From Rhina ancylostomus (Eukaryota): a stretch of DNA of 64,000 nucleotides. Below the pieces are notes generated by a model. It ran no database searches and was not told where the DNA came from. It saw nothing but the letters and a program-made list of their open reading frames with translations. The DNA lies in assembly GCA_030265395.1 (NCBI GenBank), contig JARFYF010000055.1, forward strand, positions 18,098,483-18,162,482. The letters run 5' to 3'. Shown one piece after another: positions 1 through 10,358 of this stretch. The position numbers and the translations under genes are program-made. The first letter of the stretch is position 1. Each line of letters opens with the position of its first letter.

Positions 1-232
1 TTCTGCCCACTGTCTGTAAGGAGTTTGTATATTCTCCCCGTGTATACATGGATTTCCTTTGAGTATTCTGGTTTCCTCCCATATTCCAAAGACATGTGGG
101 TTAGGAAGTTGTGGGCGTGCTATGTTGGCACCGGAAGCATGGTGACACATATGGCTGCCCCCAGAACATTCTACGCAAAAGATGCATTTCACTGTGTGTT
201 TCCATGTACATGTGACTAATAAAGAAATCTTA
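1..232 (+). mobile_element. V-domain SINE (HE1-like, elasmobranch), truncated by the window edge
   Basis: V-domain-like core ...GGATTTCC...TTCTGGTTTCCTCCCATATTCCAAAGAC..GGTTAGG and a tail ending GTACATGTGACTAATAAA. A closely similar copy lies at 41355-41577. Confidence 0.8.
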
Positions 233-344
233 TAAGATGCAATTTGTGTGTCAGAACATTCAGTCTTTACATTTGCCATATTATTTGTCATGTGTTTTAT
301 CTTTTATTTTCTGATCCCATATTCATACTTCTTTTTTGCCATAG

Positions 345-367
345 ATCCAAGATCATCTTGTAGAATG
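345..367 (+). other. Candidate 23-nt micro-exon (unassigned gene)
   Basis: cttcttttttgccatAG|atccaagatcatcttgtagaatg|GTGAGT; reads IQDHLVE or DPRSSCRM. Splice signals only, no recognised protein. Confidence 0.2.
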
Positions 368-689
368 GTGAGTCATCATCTCACATGATTTCACAAGCCG
401 GAATGGTATGTGTATTACTGCATCAAACCTGAAGTTCCAAGCCATCTCTTTCAGAGTATAACATCGATATGATCCACATGCTATCTTCCTTATGGATTCT
501 CCTTCTATTGCCTGAGGCGATTTCAGGTACCAATCTTCCAAAGTATCCTTTTTTGTAGTTGGCCTGTGAATGGTTGTATAACAGAGTCACTACTTCTCTA
601 AATCCTCCTTTAATGCCCTACTGAAACACACAAAGCCAGGAATCAATTGCATGACCGTAACTGCATATGGTCTTGGTGGTTTATTGATA

Positions 690-830
690 AGAAACAAATA
701 TTGGCCAGGCCAGCCTATGTAATTCTACTGCTGTTCTTCAAAATTGTGCCAAGAGATCTCTCATACCCACCCTGACTCATCTGGGAAAAAGCACCTGCAT
801 CAGCAGATCTTTGTGCACTTGAAATTAGGT
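690..830 (-). mobile_element. Ancient Deu-domain SINE fragment (SacSINE/AmnSINE-like)
   Basis: AAATATTGGCCAGG...CTGTTCTTCAAAATTGTGCCAAGAGATCT...CCACC matches the antisense Deu domain and the copies at 23815-24200 and 55110-55556. Confidence 0.45.
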
Positions 831-1330
831 GGCAATTCCTAGGTGGGTCATGCTGTCCGTCAGCTTCTGGTAGTTTGGTTTGACATTTTCTTATATAATA
901 AGAAATAAAAAGGCAGATTGTGCTGACAGCTGATGGTTCTGCAGAGAGCTGCCAACTTACTGCAGTGTGCATATCAATATATTTCATAATTGCAGTGTGG
1001 CAGTCTTGAATGCTTTGGAGGTCACATACTAGGTGAAATGTCTAACCACTCATTCCACTCCTGGCTTTACCACTGAATCCGGAGGTACTTTTAACTTACT
1101 GAATAAGGGGGTTCAAATACCTTCTTACCTGGCCCTTTATCCCAGCGCACCTGGAGTACTTAGTCTTTGAAGGGGGATGCCAAATTTCATTAAAAAGGCA
1201 TGAAGGTAAACAGTTTGTTTTATTTTACTTTATATTAATTAAGTAGTTTATAATTAATTTTCTTCAGTTAAAAGTGTTTTTAAGCCAATGTGTATTTTGC
1301 ATTTTAAAACGTATCAATGGTTTTAAATTT

Positions 1331-2695
1331 ACCAAAGAAAAATAAGGTAATGTGGCTTAATGACTATCACCCAGTGGCTCTGATGTCCATTATTATGAGG
1401 AGCTTTGAGAGGCTGGTCATGGCACACATCAACTCTAGCCTCCCAGGCAACCCTGACCCTCTGCAACTTGCCTACTGCTGAAGCAGGTCCCTGACAGATG
1501 TCACTTCCCTGGCCCTACACTTATCTCTGGAGCATCTGGATAACAAAGAAACCAATGTCATACTACTATTTATTGACTACAGCTCCACCGTCAATACCAT
1601 AATTCCAAGCAAACTCCTTTCCAAAGTACTAGACTTGAGACTCAACACCTCTCTTTGCAACTGGATCCTTGACATGCTGACCAACAGATCATAAGGATAG
1701 GCAGCAACATTCTGCCACGATTATTGGTGCCCCACAAGACTGCACCCTCAGGCCCCTACTTTACTCCCTATACACTCATGACCATGTGACCAGATTCTGC
1801 TTTATCTCCATCTACAGGTTTGCAGATGACAACACCATTGTGGGCCGAATCTCAAATAACAACGAGGACAGGAAGGAGATAGAGAGTCTAGTGACATGGC
1901 GTCATGACAACAACCTTTCCCTCTGTGTCAGCAAAACAAAAGAGCTGGTCACTGACTTCAGGAAGTGGGGGATTGCACACACTCCTGTTTACATCAATGG
2001 TGCTGAGGTGATGATGGTTGAGAAGTTCAAGTTCCTAGGTGTAAACATTACCAATAGTTTGTCCTGGTCCAACCACGTAGATGCCACGCCCAAGAAAGCT
2101 CACCAGTGCCTCTACTTCCTCAGGAGGCGAAGGAAATTCGGCATGTCCTTGTTGACACTCGCCAGTTTTTATAAATGCACCATAGAAAGCATCCTATGCA
2201 GATGCATCACAGCTTGGCCAAGACTACAAGAAACTGTGGATGCAGCTCAGCAAGTCATGAAAACCAGGCTACCCTTCATGGACTCTTGTCTACATTTCTC
2301 ACTGTCTTGGTAAAGCAGCCAACATATTAAAGGTACTCTGGACATTCTCTCTTCTCGCCCCTCCCATTGGGCAGAATATACAAAAGCCTGATATCTTGTA
2401 TCACCAGAGCTTAAGGACAGCTTCTATCCCGCTGTTATAAGATCATTGAACGAACCTCTTATATGATAAGATGGACTCTTGTCCTTATGTTCCACCTTGT
2501 CATGGTCTTGTACTTTATTGTCTGGCTGCACTTCACATTCTCTGTAACTGTAACACTTTATTCTATCCTGTTATTGCTTTTCCTTTGTACTACCTCAGGG
2601 TACTGATGTGATGAAATGACCTGGATGGATGGCATGCAAGACAAAGTTTTCCTGTACCTCGGTACATGTGACAATAATAAACTAATTACCAATTA
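1331..2695 (+). mobile_element. 5'-truncated, decayed Rex1/Babar-type LINE (RT pseudogene plus 3' UTR)
   Basis: Motifs [52 protein letters not shown] and KKAHQCLYFLRR, with frameshifts and stops. Tail GTGACAATAATAAAC. Confidence 0.9.
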
Positions 2696-3559
2696 ACTTT
2701 TAAAAATGTAATCATTTTCAGCCGTTTCTAAATGTCTTTGATCTTCAGATCCATTTAGGAACCATGCAGAAGACTTTGAGAATAGTAGCTGTCAGAAAAC
2801 CATCAGGGTGGTCCCTGGCCAGGGCCTTTGATTCTGCTGCTAGTTGCTGCTCCAGGCCCACTCCACCTTGTGAAGTGGCTGCAGAAACTAGGAGACATGC
2901 AGCCGCGAACGATAAGTAGGATTGTTGTTGGACCGCAAAGTGCAAGTGTGATCTCCTCCATTAATTCCAAAGCTGCACTTCATTTATTGTCTTGAGATTG
3001 TGTACACTGTATAATAGGTTTACCATGCAGTTATAAACTACAGAAACAAAGTATAGTAGCTGAGCTCACTTCTTATTCCATCATTAACTTAATTATTTCC
3101 TTTTAGAGCTTGGGCTGATTTTAAGTGTTAATGATACTGCGTTTTTACACTGTTGAAATCAATGTCATCGTAACCAAATTTAGTTTTGGAGAACAGTTAT
3201 AAAATATATTTTATTGCCTTGATTTGTGTTTTTATTTCTATTTTCAAGTTCCAATTCAAGTTAACATGAGCATTGCCATATATGTACAGTATATATGTAA
3301 AAAACATGTACTATATGTATACAACATATATGTAAAAAAATGAAAGGACCCATTGAGGTTTTAAAGTAAATTTTTAAAAAGTGAAAAATGATCAGATGTA
3401 AATACAGGTATCTCAAGGTGATTTATGAAAGTAATAGATGTATTGGAACACATTGGAATGGACATTCAATTGTGCAGTACTATGTTTTACGCTATGCAAT
3501 TCTGCTTCAACAAAAAATCATTTACAGCGTAAAGTCATTCATTAGATTTTTGTCTGAAC

Positions 3560-3882
3560 AAATTCAGGAGCCTGCACCCTGCTCACAAGGTCAGGGTGAC
3601 CCTCACTCTGAGAAACATTGCCTCAGGCTTCTTGCAGGTTGACATACATCACACATTGCTGTTCACTGCTGTACTGCAGGAGTCTATAAAATTCCAACTT
3701 TTGACAAATTCCACTTTTGACAAATGAGACTTTTGCAGTCACCTCCGGAAGAGGCACTTGGCTGCATCATGTAGGTCCCAAAATTAGAGATGCTCATGTC
3801 CTTACAGACGTATCCTTGGCAATTTCCTGCACAAGCAAGTTTCCTTGCAGGTTCCTCTGCTTCCTCAGGGGCTCTGCCCTCC
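3560..3882 (-). mobile_element. Putative PIF/Harbinger transposase N-terminal fossil
   Basis: Minus strand gives SEQQC (3653-3667) followed by AMFLRVRVTLTL (3586-3621), resembling the SEEQC...ALPVAVKVTVAL segment of HARBI1-like transposases. Very degraded. Confidence 0.35.
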
Positions 3883-4580
3883 TGTTGTGAAAGAGATTCA
3901 AGGTCTTGAAGGACAAGGAATCTGAACACAGTCTTAGAGTTTAATGATTNNNNNNNNNNNNNNNNNNNNNNNNNNNNNNNNNNNNNNNNNNNNNNNNNNN
4001 NNNNNNNNNNNNNNNNNNNNNNNNNNNNNNNNNNNNNNNNNNNNNNNNNNNNNNNNNNNNNNNNNNNNNNNNNNNNNNNNNNNNNNNNNNNNNNNNNNNN
4101 NNNNNNNNNNNNNNNNNNNNNNNNNNNNNNNNNNNNNNNNNNNNNNNNNNNNNNNNNNNNNNNNNNNNNNNNNNNNNNNNNNNNNNNNNNNNNNNNNNNN
4201 NNNNNNNNNNNNNNNNNNNNNNNNNNNNNNNNNNNNNNNNNNNNNNNNNNNNNNNNNNNNNNNNNNNNNNNNNNNNNNNNNNNNNNNNNNNNNNNNNNNN
4301 NNNNNNNNNNNNNNNNNNNNNNNNNNNNNNNNNNNNNNNNNNNNNNNNNNNNNNNNNNNNNNNNNNNNNNNNNNNNNNNNNNNNNNNNNNNNNNNNNNNN
4401 NNNNNNNNNNNNNNNNNNNNNNNNNNNNNNNNNNNNNNNNNNNNNNNNNNNNNNNNNNGGGGCCAATGTTCAGGTGTGCACTGATGGGTGGGGTGGAGCC
4501 AAACCTTGATTGACAATGGTGTGTCTTTTGACCAGGTAATGGGCAGTGCTGTCATGTGACAGCCACGGCCCTCCACAATA
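3883..4580 (-). mobile_element. Putative solo LTR (Gypsy-like), middle hidden by an N-gap
   Basis: Termini TGTTGTG (3883) and CACAATA (4580) form an imperfect inverted repeat. Flanks are ctcc/cacc (4-bp TSD, one mismatch). ATTAAA on the minus strand lies about 55 nt before the 3' end. Confidence 0.5.
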
Positions 4581-4835
4581 CACCTACCTCTCCCATTACC
4601 AGAGTATTAAAGCATTCCCTAGCAGCACTCCTATACAGAAAATTGCACATTTTTGTTTGCTTTTTGAAATAAAATTACAGAGGTTGCTAATGTTAGTTTA
4701 GTGCCTGAATATCAAGATTGATGAATTTCTGGGTCTTAGTCTGTTACTGGATGAGAGAAGCAGTCCAGTGTAGTGAAAATCACAGTGCATTCAGAAAAGG
4801 GCATAGTTGCAGGAATTCTAAGCAGAAACAGAATG

Positions 4836-5053
4836 TCTCAGTTACTGAATAAGCTTCATCTGTACAAACCTGTCACACCGTTTTTGCATTGTATTAGTTG
4901 TAGGGTACTAAGTGATAACTGCTGTTAGTTATTGGTATAGCTATTCAGTGAAGCTAGGAAAAATGGTTTTCATAGAAATGTTTTCCATTGTGTACTATAC
5001 TGACCTCATGTATGATACAATCTTTTGAAGTTTTTAATTATGTTTACTAATCT
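4836..5053. repeat. 218-bp local direct duplication, copy 1
   Basis: Aligns without gaps to 7693-7910 with 20 mismatches by manual count. Confidence 0.95.
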
Positions 5054-5944
5054 TAGGTCAGCCAGCATGACAGCAAAATGAGAGAACGCATAATTTCTTT
5101 GGGTATGGTCCCCTTGTCTCAGGGAAAGGTCATGGCTAAGCTATGCCTTGTCTATTCTTTCATCAGGTGCTGCCTGGCTGCCTGGATGTTTCACACCCTT
5201 TCCTGATTGGTTTTAAATCATTCCAGTTCATTAATGTAATTTAGTCTAAACCAAACAGCAACCAGAAAGTATGCAAGCAGCAGATGTCAGCCTTGACCCA
5301 GTGGTAGCACTCTTATCTCTGGGGATTCATTTTGTGGGTTCCAGACCCAATCCAGAGTTTTCAACAAGCACTATTAGTGGTGTGGCTTTGTGAATAAAAC
5401 CTTACTTGTCATCTGTTCTTTTACACAACCCTTATACACTTATTTACTGAAAAAAAATTCTTCTTACAGAATTGATTAACAGAAAATGCTTTTTAATTTG
5501 AGAAAGAATATGAACAGTTCATTGGGGAATACTGAAGAATTAAAAGAAAGGGTAAAGACATCTTCAATGTAAAATATCTTCATTGCTGAGAATGTTGTTA
5601 TCATGGAGCAATTTTCTACCCTCCTATTTCCAGCCATTAAATTGATTGCAGAAAAGGAAATCTTCCTCCCCTGTTTCCTATGTTAACTAACACACAATGG
5701 CCAGAAAGTCTCTCTATTGGTGCAATGTGGAATGTAATTTTTTAAAAATTTCCATATATAAAAGTTAACTAAAATCCTATAATTATATTCCATATTTAAA
5801 TATAATAATCAGGAAATAAAGGAAGAAAAATTGAGAATATTCCTTTCAATGGATGAGACTCCTTCTTTCCAGTCTTACCACTACAAAAGCAATGCTTTCC
5901 AAATGACACTAAAATATAATTAGTAATAGGATATGAGAAAATAA

Positions 5945-6360
5945 ATACATAAGAACAGAAGGAAGAGTAGGCTCACAGGAGACACAAGAGATTCTGCAGA
6001 TGCTGGAGTATGGGGCAACACACACAAAGTGCTGGAGGAACTCAGCAGGCCAGGCAGCATCGATGAATGGAAATAAACAGTCAATGTTTCAAGAACCCAA
6101 AACATTGACTGTTTATTTCCCTCTGTCGGTGCTGCCTGACCCGCTGAGTTCCTCCTGCATTTTGTATGTGTTGCTGCAGGAAGAGTAGGCTAATTTGTCC
6201 CTCAAGCCTGATATGCCATTCAATACGATCATGGCCTTTATACTGCTTCCCCACTCTCTTCCCTTGCCCCTTCTGGTTCAAATGTATTTCGATCTCCTCC
6301 TTCAGTATATTAAATGACTCCCACCTCCACAACTCTCTGGATCAGAACACAAAATATCTT
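5945..6360 (-). mobile_element. CR1-type 3' end, interrupted by a palindromic element
   Basis: CATAAGAAC..AGGA.GAGTAGGC...CCCTCAAGCCTG...CCATTCAATACGATCATGGC is the antisense of a typical CR1 3' tail. Confidence 0.7.
5974..6177. mobile_element. Palindromic non-autonomous element made of inverted Penelope-like terminal repeats
   Basis: Long hairpin at about 6015-6174 (TGCTGGAGGAACTCAGCAGGCCAGGCAGCA...TGCTGCCTGACCCGCTGAGTTCCTCC). Flanked by a perfect 14-bp direct repeat aggaagagtaggct (5960-5973, 6178-6191). Confidence 0.8.
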
Positions 6361-7692
6361 CAGAGCCTTCTTGGGTGGATGTAAAGTATCCCATTTCAAT
6401 GTTTAGAATAAAATGGGTTCTTCACTTATACCTGCACACAATCCTATTTTCAATCGATAAGTCATTTAAACTGTTCAAATCTTTGGCTGACTATATGGCA
6501 ATGAAATCACGGAAGAAATATGGGTGCTCAGAATCCATTTCAAGTTTAGTCAGACTTAAGTTGTTAACAGCGTTGCAATACAACTTACTCCCATACTCTA
6601 ATGAAGTGAGTGCTTAGGCTTATGTTCAAGGTGGAAAGAATTTTTAAATTCTATCATGTAGAATTTCTGTCAATGTTAATGTGTGTTGCATGATAAAAAC
6701 TTATTTGGAGAATAGATCACTAAATGCAAACTGCATTGATCTCTTAGTCTGCAGTTTTGATGCCTCAACCTCTGTGCACATGGTGTACTAACACACAGAG
6801 GCACTGAGACTTGTACAACACACATCTAAACAACACATCTGTGAATTTGGTCTGTAGATGGTGCAGATCACTCAAGCAGAAGCAGAACTCAATACGACTT
6901 GCTTCGGCAAAATGTAAGTATCTAACCAGGTCCCTGTCTGTGTGATCCAGCACTGGAAAGCAGCTGTAGGTCCCACTGATACCTTCAGCCCTACTTCCCC
7001 AACCCATTTGTGATCATGGTGTCCCCACTGTTATATTTCAAATTAATCCTACAATTACATCTCCAATTCTGATCTCCCTGCACAAGATTTCACATGAGAC
7101 TTCCCCCTCCCCCAACAGATCATGACTCCAATTATCACCATCATATTTCAATCTTAATCTCCTCCACCAATTGCAGCTTCGCCCCTCCTTTCCTCATGAA
7201 TGTATCTCGACCCCCACCACCTGCAGCCTATTGTGATCTTCCCTCCTGAAGCCCCCTCACTACCCTTGAATAGTGCACCTCGTTCTCCTGTGTGGAGTGA
7301 GCAGAGGAGTGGTCTTTGATCACCTTATATACGCATTGGAATTTTTCCACACAGACAAATCACACATTGTCCATTATGCATTCATAATTAATACATCTCT
7401 TCTTATCCTGGAGACTTTCTTGGCCTGCATTTCTCTGGAAGTCAACACAAGATCACTCAGCTCCAAAATTTGAAGGATGGGCTCCAATTCTACTCACCAG
7501 AACATTCTATTGAAGAAGTCCAGTGAAAAGTCCTGAACAATCTCCTGTATGCTTCCAACAATTTCTGAGTTAAGGTGTTAGGAGTTGCTCACTGTGTCTT
7601 CTTTACCAATATATGGTGTAGTTGATGGGGAATTTGTGATTACATTCTTTGTGATTCACTTTTTGCCTCCCCACCCTGAGTCATATTGTCTT

Positions 7693-7910
7693 TCTCAGTT
7701 ACTGAATAAGCTGCTTCTATACAAACTTGTCGCACAGTTCTTGCACTGCATTAGTTGCAGGGTTTTAATTGATAACTGCTGTTAGTTATTGGTATAGCTA
7801 TTCAGTGAAGATAGGAAAAATGGTCTTAATAGAAATGTTTTCCATTGTGTACCATACTGACCTCATATATGATGCAAGCTTTTGAAGTTTTTAATTATGT
7901 TTACTAATCT
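7693..7910. repeat. 218-bp local direct duplication, copy 2
   Basis: Ungapped match to 4836-5053. Preceded by a pyrimidine tract (ttgtctttctcag) and bounded by inverted tttctcag/ctgagaaa. Confidence 0.95.
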
Positions 7911-8399
7911 GAGAAATCAGATCAATTGCAATTTGTAGTCAAAGAAAACCTATTGAGAAGGAGGAGGAAAAGAAAAGCAATGAGCACAGGAAACCTGAAA
8001 TCAAATAGGAATCAGATAACATGCTCCAATAACTATTCCCAGTTACATTATCTTGTTTCTAAAAAATCCTTTTGATGACTCAATTCTTAACAATCTCCCA
8101 TTATCCTCCTGCATATCTCATTTTTAACCATGTTTTATCTTTATTAACTTTTAAAGTTTATGTCCCTTTTTGGTGTTTCATTAAAATACCTTTTTGTTAT
8201 TATTATTATTATTATTATTGACTATTTTCTAACATATAATCTTTATATGATTACTGTGCCATTATTTCTGGTTTGCATTTGAGCCATCTGTATGTTTCTT
8301 GGGTATGGGGAATCAGTAAGCAGCTCACATTTGTAACTTTTATGCAGACTGGTTCATGTTGGCCTACATTTGCAAGCTTGTTGTAGTGAGTGTCAACTG

Positions 8400-8760
8400 T
8401 CCCTCACTTGGGAGCCCTATTGTGTGTTTAAGTCAGAAGACTGCAGGTTTAAATCCTTCTCCAGGGATGTAAATCAAAGTATCTAGGCTGGCAGTGGAGT
8501 TCTAAACTTATACACATGATACCTTTATGATAAAATCTTAAACCAGGAGATCATTTGTGCTCAGTGGTGCAAAAGATCCCATGACACTGTTTCCTCGAAG
8601 AGTTGGGGGAGGTATCTCTGCTGTCCTAGCCAATTGTTAGCCTCAATCTAAAGCAAGTTGAAGCACATTATCTGGTCATTATTACATTGTGTTGAAGCTT
8701 TTAATGTATGACTTAGCCACTGTATTCTACTATGAACTTCATGGGCTCTGAACATTCAGG
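8400..8760 (+). mobile_element. Ancient Deu-domain SINE
   Basis: AGTCAGAAG..GGTTTAAATCC..TCCAG head, AAAAGATCCCATGACACT, GTCCTAGCCAAT and ATTATCTGGTCATTATTACATTG. Confidence 0.6.
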
Positions 8761-8764
8761 ATCA

Positions 8765-9156
8765 GTGAGAGTTATAGGACAATGCAGCATGAATTCAGGC
8801 CCTTCGACCCAACCGGTCCATGCCGTCCACAGTACCACCCACCAAGTCTCAATTTCCTGCATTTGGCGCATATCCCTCTAAGCCCTGCCCCTCCACGTAC
8901 CTATTCAAGTGCTTTTTAAATGATACTATTGTACCTGCCTCTGGCAGCTCGTTCCATATATTCACCACCCTCTGTGTGAAAAAGTTGCCCCTCAAGTCCC
9001 TTTTAAATCCTTCCCCTCTCACCTTAAACCTACGCCCCCTAGTTTTAGACTCCCGTACCCTGGGGAAAAGACTGTTACCATCCACCTTATCTATGCCTCT
9101 CATAGTTTTAAACATTTCTGTGAGGTCGCCCCTCATTCTCCTACATTCCGAGGAAC
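8765..9156 (-). mobile_element. CR1 LINE 3' end (ORF2 C-terminus plus tail)
   Basis: ORF 8849-9136: MRGDLTEMFKTMRGIDKVD...TRGRRFKVRG...NFFTQRVVNIWNELP. Confidence 0.92.
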
Positions 9157-9540
9157 GTAAGGTGAAAGGTTCAAGTTTTCCTCTGAAGTGTAGGGATTGA
9201 TATAAAGCTCAGTTATGGCTGTCTCCATATATTTTCAGTGCCTCTGAAGGCAGCTTACGTTAACATTTGATATGATAAACCACTTTATTTCCCATCAATT
9301 AAATATAATAGGGTTGGTCTTTTATTTTTAATCAGCTTGTCTTAACCTCATAATAATATCAAATAATGAATTTGTTGTGCTATTCTATTGCAACGGTCCA
9401 ACCTAACTGATTTGAACCAACTTTTTTTAGACTTCTCTTCTGTTTCAACCTGTTTTCAATCTTTTGCTGTTCAGTTTTCCCTGTCTTTAAAACTCTGGTT
9501 GTAGTGTCAGCTTTTAGTCTAACTGATATCTTCCCTCCAG

Positions 9541-9552
9541 CTACATACTTTT
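9541..9552 (+). other. Candidate 12-nt frame-preserving micro-exon
   Basis: Branch-point-like CTAAC (about 9519), then tatcttccctccAG|ctacatactttt|GTGAGT. Confidence 0.25.
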
Positions 9553-10254
9553 GTGAGTTGTATAGAGTTTTAAGAAGAGCAATGACNNNNNNNNNNGGGG
9601 TTAAGCTGGAAGCCTAAATTGAAACCTAGTATAGTCATGCCTGGAAACCTGGCTCACTGGAAGCATTTTTCACATCTTTACAGCCAGGTTTCTGCTGCTA
9701 GCCGATATGGGCTGAAATTCTGAAATCTGCCAATTTAATTATTTGATAAATTTCTCATCATTTCAGTACTTTCTTATTGTGGCTTCCCTTTCTTCCTTCA
9801 TCCCTTCATTTGATCAAGGCTTAATAATTTATTGTGCCGTTACTTCCTTATTTTGATGTTGCACTATTCTATCACTTCTTTGACCTGTGTGAATATTACA
9901 TTAATTTCTCATTTAAGCTTCATTTTTGTCATATCCTACAGAGTTGAGTTTAATGTGGAGATTATGATGATTTTAGTCACTGCGCTGCTTTTTGTTATAT
10001 ATTAAGAATTTAGTTTGGGTATATCGTGATCAGAATCTCTATGTTTACTGCTTGTCTAAATGTAAGAGGAAAAATAAATATTGCCAACTTGTTTTAGAAA
10101 ACTTTGTGAATATTAGGTTGGTAGGAGAATAGTCATCATGTGTAGTTAAATGTTGCTATATGTAAAGAAATTAACACAGAAGGCACAAACCGAAAGAGGA
10201 AGTCTATGTTTAATGGAACCATGATACAGTACATTGATAAGAAAAGATCTAAAG

Positions 10255-10358
10255 TAAATAGAAAATGTTAGAAATACTCCAGAACTTCTATGACAAGAGC
10301 AACATCTATGATGAGAGGAATATAATTAATGTTTCAGTTTGGTAAACTTTCATCAGCT
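10255..10358 (-). mobile_element. Penelope-like terminal-repeat fragment with hammerhead-like core
   Basis: Minus strand CTGATGA-a-AGTTT-acc-AAACT-GAAAC, followed by the same repeat family seen at 15360, 23550, 31035 and 36375. Confidence 0.55.

Noticed and set aside
3684-4576. Long ORFs of 189-260 aa
   Set aside because: Mostly N-gap translated as X.
4912-5003. Possible C/D or H/ACA snoRNA inside the 218-bp duplication
   Set aside because: The C box is non-canonical and differs between copies. H and ACA boxes are not shared.
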